Positions 7,933-15,862 of a stretch of DNA of 64,000 nucleotides are shown here, piece after piece. How positions within the stretch are numbered: position 1 is the first letter of the stretch; each line of letters begins with the position of its first letter. Origin of the DNA: a virus; IMG/VR virus record IMGVR_UViG_3300008735_000002, positions 32,001-96,000 of that record. One strand, given 5' to 3'. A program made the position numbers and the translations under genes. The notes beneath the pieces were generated by a model, which made no database searches, was not told the DNA's origin, and saw only the letters and a list, made by a program, of their open reading frames with translations.

Positions 7933-8960
7933 TGCCTTCTCCTAATATTGAAACGATAACCGCTAAATTTCAAATTTTCAAGCATTTCTTTAGCTAACTC
8001 TTTATCTCCAAGCTTTCTCATTCTATCAGCCGCTAAGATAATACCCCAATCGTGCCACATAAATGCGTCCCTTGACGAATACGCAAAGGCTCTTCGAAAG
8101 CCATGCTCAACGGCAGATGAGCTGTTGCACTTACGAAGGTCTTCTTCAAAACTCATCAGCTTCTCAATAAAGAAATTTCTTTGATCTGAACAGTCACACT
8201 CAATCGGTGGCATCGGTCCATTCCGCTTGTACAGCTCAAACTGTGATCGATTTACATTCGATGTTTTAAGAATCGTCTCGGCCATCTCAAAATGTCGTTC
8301 ATAGATATGCAGAGAATTGCTCATATGAGTGTACGACCCGAGCTCGACCCCGAGTTCATTGGCAAGAAGCTCTTGAAAAAGAGTAAAAGCTGGAATGTCA
8401 TAAGCGATTCCAAAAATTACATCAGAACTTCTCATATTAACAATCTGGTGCAGCTTTCCATCACGGATAAAAAATTGAAGTGCAAGTGTACAGGGGACAT
8501 CTAGCTTCGCATCTACGCTATCATCAGGAACACGAAGATGCATGACTGCCCGACGCGAATCAGGATCCCTCTGCAATTCTTCTATGATATATTCCCACTG
8601 ACTAAATCGTCCTTGAGCGATTTTGTGGTGAGGCTGAAACAGTCTTGCGCCGTACGCAGAGTTTGCTGTTACTCCATCATCAGAAATATCGCGCCAAAAA
8701 TTAGAATAATTCGCAATCCACTCCGTCTTATTGCTTCCTGACAAATACCAGATAAGCTCGGCGACCATATAAGTCATGCTAAACTTTCTACCGGTAACGT
8801 AAGGAATACGATCACGTGGATTTGTAATCGTAAAAGAAGCTCCTAAGAGTTCTTTGACCCTCTGCCCGCGTGGAGCAGATTCGTAAGTCGGATTTTCATA
8901 AACATGTCTTACCAAAGACAAGTAACAGTGAGTGAATGATTGATATGTGCCAATATGCAT
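7929..8960 (-). CDS. Thymidylate-synthase-fold enzyme, probable dCMP hydroxymethylase (T4 gp42-like)
   Basis: SRR, catalytic Cys in DVPCT, and MRSSDVIFGIAYD with Asp where dUMP-specific ThyA has Asn; NSAYG and SLHIYERH also resemble gp42. Confidence 0.8.
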   Translation of the reverse strand: MHIGTYQSFTHCYLSLVRHVYENPTYESAPRGQRVKELLGASFTITNPRDRIPYVTGRKFSMTYMVAELIWYLSGSNKTEWIANYSNFWRDISDDGVTANSAYGARLFQPHHKIAQGRFSQWEYIIEELQRDPDSRRAVMHLRVPDDSVDAKLDVPCTLALQFFIRDGKLHQIVNMRSSDVIFGIAYDIPAFTLFQELLANELGVELGSYTHMSNSLHIYERHFEMAETILKTSNVNRSQFELYKRNGPMPPIECDCSDQRNFFIEKLMSFEEDLRKCNSSSAVEHGFRRAFAYSSRDAFMWHDWGIILAADRMRKLGDKELAKEMLENLKFSGYRFNIRRRQ

Positions 8961-9013
8961 GTTACAAATTTACTCCAATTAGGTTTAGATGTAGACTTTT
9001 TGTACCAAGCTAA

Positions 9014-12000
9014 TCATATACGAAGAAGCTTAATTTTTCTCATAGAAGTTTGATATCCGAAATCATTTTTCTTGATCTCAGCAACGCAAAGGCTGTACAA
9101 CGGTAGATCCGTCTCCCCATCCCAACCCCAACAGAACATTCTATAATTCTTACCATCGAGCCCTGTAGCTGTCACAAGCAGATAAGGACGCTTATTCTTC
9201 GTAAGCTTCGGCTTAACATCTGACACCAAGAACCAGTAGAGATCATGTCCCCTGGCATCGATTTCATCAATGCATCTGATTTCTTTTGAAGCAAGCCGTT
9301 CCTGCACGTCTTCGCTAATCAATGTCGAGGCGTTGAACGACCCAAAGTGCTTTACACTGTTTTCGACCATCTCTCGCCGGGACCACCCACCAATACCTGC
9401 TGTATCGAGCAGCGCTTCGTTGAAGTTATTACGGCCCCGATTAGGGTCACGCTTGGTCCACTTTTTAATGTCTGTGTTGTGGTTAATCAGTACTTCATGC
9501 ATGTGCTTGTAGCTTTCGAACATTTTATCCGAACCGACAACGTCCATCGATTTGAACGCACGAATGTTAATTAACGCTTCAAGCGCCCGCTTGTTGAACT
9601 TCGAATGCTTCCACTTACCGTCCTCATCCCAGAGCAAGTCTTCAATGGACTGATATGGCCTGTTCCTAACTAGCTCATCAATAGCAGCTTCACCGATCCC
9701 CTTACAAGAAAGCAGAGATGGCATAAACTTCTTGCCCTCAAGAATCGTCCACTTCTTAGTAGCGTAGTTGATATCAATGGGAACAACCCGATGACCAAGC
9801 GCCTTCACTTCTGCAAATGCTTTTGCGCGCTTCTTATCGTTACCAGACATAGCCTCCAAATAAGCGCAAAGCCACTCTTCCTCGAAATATGTCAGCAGCC
9901 ACGCGCAGTAGTACGAGTCAATAGCATAACAGACTGCATGAGATTTATTGAAGCCGTAACCAGCGAAAAACAAGATCTTTTCGTATAGGTCATCGGCCAA
10001 CTGGCGATCGACGCCATTCTTAACCGAGCCAGCAACAAACTGCTCCTTAATAGCTCTCGCTTTCGCGAGACTTTCCGCGGCTTCCGAAGCTTTTCGCTTC
10101 ATAATGCTACGACGGACAGTGTCTGTTTCTTCTTCCGGGAAACCCGCGACCACAGAACAGAGCTTCATGATCTGCTCCTGGAAGACGATTAGACCGTATG
10201 TCTCCTCCAGCACTTCCTTGATCAAGGGGTGACCGTAGTCAACAGCTTCAGGATTATTCTTTGCCTTAATATAGAGACGGTCAACTTTCGCAGTTAACGG
10301 TCCAGGGCGATAAATAGACGTCAGCGTTGCAATGTCAACAATACTCTTTGGCTTAGCTTTCTTAAAAAGATTTTGAGCGCCGCGTCCCGCCAACTGAAAA
10401 ATGCCAGCCCATCGACCAGAAGCATAAACATGTTCGTAGACATGTTGATCATCCATATCCAAAACTTTAGGGTTCATATTATTGTCAAACCACTCGTAAA
10501 CCTGCGAGAACGTGGGCTCTTCAATTCCTTCTCTCCGCTGGAGAATCAGCTCAATAGTTCGTTGGATAATACGAAGCGTTTCAAGACCGAGAAGATCGAA
10601 CTTGATCCACCCGAAGGTCTCAAGGTGCTTATAGTTCATGCCTTCGACCCATGGGGTCTGGAGCTCACCACGAGCTTTGATCAACGGCATCCTTTCCGCA
10701 ATATCCTCTGCGACAATACAACCCCCAGCATGACGACCAAGAGCCTTGTTCTGCTTGAACAAAACCTGAATCGGCGCAGCTACTTCTGGATGGGCTTCGA
10801 TAAACGCCCTGAATGTCTTTGAGTGAGCTAGGGCATCTTCGTAAAGTAAAACAAACAGATTTTTATCTGTCCCCTGCTTAAACACAGCACGCTTTACATC
10901 TTCTTCAACAGGAGCCAACGCCTTATTTACCTCGTTAAACGGGATACCATAAAAGCGAGAAATATCCTTGACAAGAGACTTTAACTTGAAAGTGTTGTAA
11001 TTCGAGATGGGAACAATATTTTCGTCACCCCACTTATCTTTCATCATATTGATAAGTAAATCACGATCACCTACGTCAGTATCGATATCGGGAGCACCCT
11101 CACGAGACGGATTCAGAAAACGGCCGAACATAAGATCGTATTCAAACGGATCAACGTCTGTTAACTTAAGAACATAAGCGACCAAGCTTCCGGCGGCAGA
11201 ACCGCGACCGGGACCGACAAGCATTGCTTTTTTTGCAATACCGATAATCGCAGCCATAGTCAAGAAATAACGAGAGAAATTCTTGTCTTTGATAATCTTT
11301 AGCTCGTACTTTAGCCTCTCAATGTACTTAGGGTCGTTCGCCAAACCGCGTTCGACAAGCCCCTTCTTACAAGCTTCAAGAAGCGCTTTATCATCTGTCT
11401 GTCCCTCGGGAACGACGTAAGATGGAAGCTTCATGGTACGATCAGGAATAATTTCACTGATTTCTTCATGCACAATCTGGTGCGGCCGCTCAATCGCTGC
11501 CTTCATAACCTCATCATTGTAGAAGTCCATGCCTTCAGTGCTTTCTAGATATGTATCCCATACCTGCTGGGCGTTCTTAGGATATAGCTCGCACTTAAGC
11601 TCTTCTTTCGACTGTGGAAGCTTTGACGGATCAAAATCACGGTAGTTCAGCCACCCAAGCTTCTTATAAAGCTCACGCTCGCGCCAATGTTCTGGGCGAG
11701 CATAATGAGAATCAGTCGTTACGACAAGCTTATCATTCAAACCGTTGTTGTTGGCAAATTCAATAATTGCACGATTAACGAGATGTTGAGCAGGAAGCTT
11801 ATTAAATTGAAGCTCAAGATGCACATCATCAATACCGACTGCATCGACCAGACCCTGGTACGCATTTCCAACACCAGTCATAACGCTATTTCGAAATGAC
11901 GGGTCATTCATGAGCTTATAACTCAAATCATCAAATTCTACCTGCTGAGCATGTCTAAACACCTCATAAGCAATCGGGCCACCGATACAAGCTGTTGAGA

Positions 12001-12634
12001 CCATCAAGTGGCCACCCTCAGCTGCTTCCCTTAGCATTTTATAATCGATTCGTGGGAAGCGATAGAAGCCCTCTCTGTAACCACGGCTGACAAGATGAAA
12101 TAAACGCTGAAGGCCTTCGCTTGTCTTGGGAAGAACAACTAGATGATGGCGGCGCTTGATCGGATCATAGAATTTTGATGACTTCGTTTCCTCTTCATTT
12201 TCGATAGTCAACCCTGCTTCTTCTTTTCCAATATCGATAATCTCATCATCACCATCCACAACAGCAGTCAGCGGGGTCGCAATCGCTTCACGACGAGTCC
12301 GAAGATCGAATAGAGCTTCTTTATCACCCTTCTTCGCAGCTTGACGAATCTCATAGTCTAATTGCCATGCATCCAAATCTGGGTGCACATACATCTCACA
12401 ACCGGGAACAAACCTAAATTTTCCTCCCCGCTTTTGAACTTTTTCAGCATGCAAAAAAGCATGACCAAAAGAATTCATGTGACCATGATTCGTGAGGCAC
12501 CAACCATCCATACCATTTTCAATAACAAAATCTATATGTTCTTGAGGGTAGCCAAGGCCATCGAATGTGCTAAACCCATCATGTGAATGAAGGGAAATAA
12601 ACTTACTGGGTGGAGCAAGTGAGGTCTTTCGCAT
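9014..12634 (-). CDS. dnaE: DNA polymerase III alpha subunit (family C)
   Basis: PHP domain (SLHSH, TNHG, GCEMY, TTDSHY), GPGRGSAAGSLVAY, PDIDTD, RHAGG, KFDLLGL, YGFNKSHA and a C-terminal OB-like domain; no intein seen. Confidence 0.96.
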   Translation of the reverse strand: MRKTSLAPPSKFISLHSHDGFSTFDGLGYPQEHIDFVIENGMDGWCLTNHGHMNSFGHAFLHAEKVQKRGGKFRFVPGCEMYVHPDLDAWQLDYEIRQAAKKGDKEALFDLRTRREAIATPLTAVVDGDDEIIDIGKEEAGLTIENEEETKSSKFYDPIKRRHHLVVLPKTSEGLQRLFHLVSRGYREGFYRFPRIDYKMLREAAEGGHLMVSTACIGGPIAYEVFRHAQQVEFDDLSYKLMNDPSFRNSVMTGVGNAYQGLVDAVGIDDVHLELQFNKLPAQHLVNRAIIEFANNNGLNDKLVVTTDSHYARPEHWRERELYKKLGWLNYRDFDPSKLPQSKEELKCELYPKNAQQVWDTYLESTEGMDFYNDEVMKAAIERPHQIVHEEISEIIPDRTMKLPSYVVPEGQTDDKALLEACKKGLVERGLANDPKYIERLKYELKIIKDKNFSRYFLTMAAIIGIAKKAMLVGPGRGSAAGSLVAYVLKLTDVDPFEYDLMFGRFLNPSREGAPDIDTDVGDRDLLINMMKDKWGDENIVPISNYNTFKLKSLVKDISRFYGIPFNEVNKALAPVEEDVKRAVFKQGTDKNLFVLLYEDALAHSKTFRAFIEAHPEVAAPIQVLFKQNKALGRHAGGCIVAEDIAERMPLIKARGELQTPWVEGMNYKHLETFGWIKFDLLGLETLRIIQRTIELILQRREGIEEPTFSQVYEWFDNNMNPKVLDMDDQHVYEHVYASGRWAGIFQLAGRGAQNLFKKAKPKSIVDIATLTSIYRPGPLTAKVDRLYIKAKNNPEAVDYGHPLIKEVLEETYGLIVFQEQIMKLCSVVAGFPEEETDTVRRSIMKRKASEAAESLAKARAIKEQFVAGSVKNGVDRQLADDLYEKILFFAGYGFNKSHAVCYAIDSYYCAWLLTYFEEEWLCAYLEAMSGNDKKRAKAFAEVKALGHRVVPIDINYATKKWTILEGKKFMPSLLSCKGIGEAAIDELVRNRPYQSIEDLLWDEDGKWKHSKFNKRALEALINIRAFKSMDVVGSDKMFESYKHMHEVLINHNTDIKKWTKRDPNRGRNNFNEALLDTAGIGGWSRREMVENSVKHFGSFNASTLISEDVQERLASKEIRCIDEIDARGHDLYWFLVSDVKPKLTKNKRPYLLVTATGLDGKNYRMFCWGWDGETDLPLYSLCVAEIKKNDFGYQTSMRKIKLLRI

Positions 12635-12656
12635 AGAGTCTCCAGATTAGTTTATT

Positions 12657-12872
12657 CTAAAGGAAATCTGGAATATTTTCAGGATGGGTGGGCATTTTCT
12701 GTAAAGAAAGTGTTTCTACGTAGACTATTGTATTTGATATTAAAAGGGCAGTTGTTTCATGGTCTACAGAAATAACCAGACCAGAATCGCCAGGGGTCAA
12801 CACATAGCTTCGCATCTCATCATCTATGCCTACATGCGAATCCATTATCACAGCAATATCACCCGGTAACAT
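12657..12872 (-). CDS. Small hypothetical protein
   Basis: 71 aa ORF filling the gap between genes and overlapping the upstream stop. Confidence 0.5.
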   Translation of the reverse strand: MLPGDIAVIMDSHVGIDDEMRSYVLTPGDSGLVISVDHETTALLISNTIVYVETLSLQKMPTHPENIPDFL

Positions 12873-13581
12873 TTAGCTTTTCTCTTTCAGAAATTAACGC
12901 GATTAGATCTTCCTTAGAAAAAGTATACCCTCTTTGCTTCAAGACACGATCAAGCATATGGACGCGGACTCCGGGGAGACCTAACGATTCTCCCCAAGTC
13001 CACTCGACAGTATTTTCTATAGTCGCGATATCATACTTTATCTTTCTTACACGCGTTTCAAGCAAGGGGATCAATGCTCGATCCTCTAAACCAGAATCCA
13101 ATTTAAGCTCAACTGCGGCGCCGACGAGGTCTTCAAAATTTCCAGATTCAAGAGCTGTACTAGCCCTAAGAAAAATCTTCTGTAATTCTTCTCTCATACC
13201 TTCATCGCTTACTCGATCAGGATGGGTCATCAACGCAATCTTTTTGAATAATTTTTTTGCCCACTCTGGTATCTCTTGTTTTGTATCTTCGGATTGACCG
13301 ATTTCATCTTCAACTTCTTCGAATCCGTCTTGCGTCTTCGTATATTCTTGAAATTTCTTAGCTAGATCAATCTCAAGCGAATCGGGGGCTGGTGGGGTTT
13401 TGTCTTCAATTTGTGAAAAAAACTCTTCAGCTTTCGTAGTAAAAAAATCTAAATCTTTAGAATACTCGTGTTGATAATCGTCAAATAATTCAGAAATCTC
13501 AAAATAATAATGTTGCAACATCTGTAGCTCAGATTGCAATATTCGAATTTTTCGGCGAGTTATTCTTGAAGGCACGTGCAT
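12859..13581 (-). CDS. Coiled-coil protein with a partial J-domain (HPD motif)
   Basis: KKLFKKIALMTHPDRV resembles J-domain helix II plus HPD. Confidence 0.6.
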   Translation of the reverse strand: MHVPSRITRRKIRILQSELQMLQHYYFEISELFDDYQHEYSKDLDFFTTKAEEFFSQIEDKTPPAPDSLEIDLAKKFQEYTKTQDGFEEVEDEIGQSEDTKQEIPEWAKKLFKKIALMTHPDRVSDEGMREELQKIFLRASTALESGNFEDLVGAAVELKLDSGLEDRALIPLLETRVRKIKYDIATIENTVEWTWGESLGLPGVRVHMLDRVLKQRGYTFSKEDLIALISEREKLNVTG

Positions 13582-13592
13582 AGTGTTACTAA

Positions 13593-13979
13593 CTATGCAT
13601 TAAGACGCTCACAAATAATCCCATGTTTCTTTACATAGGCATCAAAAAATTCCTTATGATCCACGCCAGCCAAAACAACAATCGCCAAAAAATAATTGAA
13701 CGCATCAATCATTTCTTCTAAAAATTCCTCACGATCGAATTCTGGCACACCGTAAGTCGCTTCACGATGATTCTTCCAATTCTTTAAGTGAAGTAAGGCC
13801 TCAAACAGTTCTTCCATTCCCCGGAATGCAAATTCCCGAATAGCCTGTTGGTTCTTTTTCTTGCTAAGATCCACTGGCCAGGGAGGATACGCATCAGGAA
13901 TGCGCTCGTTGATTAAGCTCATGAATTCTTCTCGTAATGAGAATACTTCTTCCAGCTTATTGTTCGACAACTTCTTCAT
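13593..13979 (-). CDS. All-alpha NTP pyrophosphatase, T4 gp56-like dCTPase/dUTPase
   Basis: MEELFEAL...NWKNH and EEMIDAFNYFLAIVVLAGVDHKEFFDAYVKKH..ERL resemble gp56 FELVDIFHFVLNMFVGLGMNAEEIFKLYYLKN..ERQ. The start at 13979 (MKKLS) is inferred. Confidence 0.72.
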   Translation of the reverse strand: MKKLSNNKLEEVFSLREEFMSLINERIPDAYPPWPVDLSKKKNQQAIREFAFRGMEELFEALLHLKNWKNHREATYGVPEFDREEFLEEMIDAFNYFLAIVVLAGVDHKEFFDAYVKKHGIICERLNA

Positions 13980-14247
13980 CCGTTGCGTTCGTAATATTCT
14001 CGTTAACCTCAGCCAACATACGCTCAAGATTATTATTAAAATTTTCCGCGTACTGGGGGTGAACTTCTATTTTGCCATCATTCGCATTAATCGTAAAACT
14101 CACTGCTCGAAAATGATCAATGATATCAGTCCCTGTAAGAATGGCAAGCTGTAGTAGTTGCGCGACATGACCGATCGCATTGTCGGATAGATTGTGAACG
14201 ACCCCGGTAACATCCAGGTCATCTGATACTTCAGAAGTAATTTCCAT
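13957..14247 (-). CDS. Hypothetical acidic protein
   Basis: 96 aa ORF with an AAGGAG RBS and an upstream promoter. Confidence 0.7.
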   Translation of the reverse strand: MEITSEVSDDLDVTGVVHNLSDNAIGHVAQLLQLAILTGTDIIDHFRAVSFTINANDGKIEVHPQYAENFNNNLERMLAEVNENITNATDEEVVEQ

Positions 14248-14277
14248 TTTCTTTCTCCTTGTAGAAATTCATTAAGC

Positions 14278-14306
14278 ATTATAGTTCTATGAACGCTAGG
14301 TGTACA
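14278..14306 (-). promoter_or_regulatory. Sigma70-type promoter
   Basis: TGTACA - 17 nt - TATAAT upstream of the ORF starting at 14247. Confidence 0.6.
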
Positions 14307-14314
14307 CTAAAAAA

Positions 14315-14743
14315 TCAGCCATACTCTTTAGTCAATAAAAAACCATAATAATCATTAAGAGCATGATCTTCAGGGTAAGTGCTCTTCCACTTTCCCTTTA
14401 TAAAAATTTCATAGGTGTCATCGGCATATTTCCCGCAACCATAAAGCTCTGCGGCTCTATCCCATTTTTTAGTTACAAATTCCTCGCTAAATCTTTTAAG
14501 CGTCTTTGCGCGGCGATTTGCTAGCCCAAGAGGTCGGATCAAATTCTTCAAATCATTTTCATCACACTCAACCAGGGATTCCGGATTTGGGAACTTTTCG
14601 AAAAATTCCGCTATGATGGGTTCCACTTGTTTACGAGATGTTTGATTCAAAAGTAAACAGACAATGAGTATCTTCCACCCGTCAGGCCAGAACCGCTCTT
14701 GTAATAAATCATACGGAGACTCGGGAGGGATCCATGTTACCAT
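14315..14743 (-). CDS. HhH-GPD DNA glycosylase resembling the MBD4 catalytic domain
   Basis: WIPPESPYDLLQE, LLNQT, RPLGL..RRAKTL..FS.EF, LYGCGKYADDTYEIF and PEDHALNDY parallel human MBD4 WTPPRSPFNLVQE, LHGIGKYGNDSYRIF and PEDHKLNKY. Confidence 0.85.
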   Translation of the reverse strand: MVTWIPPESPYDLLQERFWPDGWKILIVCLLLNQTSRKQVEPIIAEFFEKFPNPESLVECDENDLKNLIRPLGLANRRAKTLKRFSEEFVTKKWDRAAELYGCGKYADDTYEIFIKGKWKSTYPEDHALNDYYGFLLTKEYG

Positions 14744-14771
14744 ATGTTATGATAACAGTTTTCTCTGTTTT

Positions 14772-15092
14772 TTACAGATAATTCATAGCCCAAGCAAAGG
14801 CAGCCATAGCAAATTGGACCACTGCAAAAACAGTGACTGCCTTCGTCTTAAAAACCTTGAGGTCTTCCACTTCTCTGACCATTGTGCTCAGCTGCGTTGG
14901 GGACGCCACTTCGTCGATCTTCTCTTTCCAAGCCTTGAGATCATCAACACGATCTTCTCTTTCACGCATTCTAGCAATTTCTTGCTTAAGCTCTTGAATT
15001 TCGGAATTTAGTGCCGTAATACTGGTAGCTAGCGTCTCGAGCTCTTTAAGGACTAATCGCGAGTATTCACTCCATCCACTATCTTCAGGCAT
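14772..15092 (-). CDS. Coiled-coil protein with a single C-terminal transmembrane segment
   Basis: Start at 15092 (GGAG RBS, MPEDSG); heptad-like middle; hydrophobic C-terminus AVTVFAVVQFAMAAFAWAM. Confidence 0.65.
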   Translation of the reverse strand: MPEDSGWSEYSRLVLKELETLATSITALNSEIQELKQEIARMREREDRVDDLKAWKEKIDEVASPTQLSTMVREVEDLKVFKTKAVTVFAVVQFAMAAFAWAMNYL

Positions 15093-15093
15093 A

Positions 15094-15348
15094 TCATTCT
15101 CCAGTTGGTTCGATTTCAGGAACAGATAAAAGCTCACCAAGAATATGCTCTACCTTTTCCTTACACCACTCTGGAGTTGCAGATGAATCGGGCTTACTTA
15201 AGTGTTCATGCATGTTCTGTAATTCACAAACCACAAAATCCCTCACTTCAAATCCAACTTTCCATTCAGCAGAGTTGCTACATAATTTATCTCTTAAACT
15301 ACGAAGCTTCGCCACCCTAACTTGAAAACAATCAGAATCACTAGACAT
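15094..15348 (-). CDS. Small hypothetical protein
   Basis: 84 aa ORF with a GGGGTG RBS-like sequence; abuts the next gene. Confidence 0.5.
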   Translation of the reverse strand: MSSDSDCFQVRVAKLRSLRDKLCSNSAEWKVGFEVRDFVVCELQNMHEHLSKPDSSATPEWCKEKVEHILGELLSVPEIEPTGE

Positions 15349-15406
15349 ACAGGCACCCCAAACAAACGCTAAGCAGAATGTGCATTTTTAATTATGCATT
15401 TATCCG

Positions 15407-15862
15407 CTATTTTCTCGATGTACCCTCTAAAATACGCTGTTTAATTTCAGTTGTGCTTATGCCGCCTGTGTAGGGAATATAGACAAGCACCATCCCGTTT
15501 TTTTCAATCCATTCTTGTGTAAATTGCATTTGAGAATAATAGTCTTTTTTTGCCCAATCATCACCAATCGCGATGATGTGCGGATTAACTTTCATGATTG
15601 TCTGCTTGCTGTCTTCCCCAGACAAATTGGGAACAACTGCTGATACATACTCGCAATTTAATAGCGACTTTTCTCTTTCTTCGTACGTCATGATAGGGGG
15701 TGAGCCCTTAAACTTGGCGATAAAACCATCTAGATTAAGCGCCACAATAACTTCATCTGCGAGATGACTACATTGTCTCAAAAAATTAATGTGTCCATAA
15801 TGGAATAAATCGAATGTTCCACCCGTGTACAACACTCTTTTTTTCGCTGGCTCATCACTCAT
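15407..15862 (-). CDS. Cytidylyltransferase-family nucleotidyltransferase (TagD / HldE domain II-like)
   Basis: GGTFDLFHYGH (HxGH), YEER, IGDDW and ISTTEI motifs; the start at 15862 overlaps the upstream stop (ATGA). Confidence 0.85.
   Translation of the reverse strand: MSDEPAKKRVLYTGGTFDLFHYGHINFLRQCSHLADEVIVALNLDGFIAKFKGSPPIMTYEEREKSLLNCEYVSAVVPNLSGEDSKQTIMKVNPHIIAIGDDWAKKDYYSQMQFTQEWIEKNGMVLVYIPYTGGISTTEIKQRILEGTSRK

Noticed and set aside
7929-8960. Annotation as ordinary thymidylate synthase thyA
   Set aside because: Asp replaces the dUMP-selecting Asn, thyX is present, and the neighbours are modification genes.
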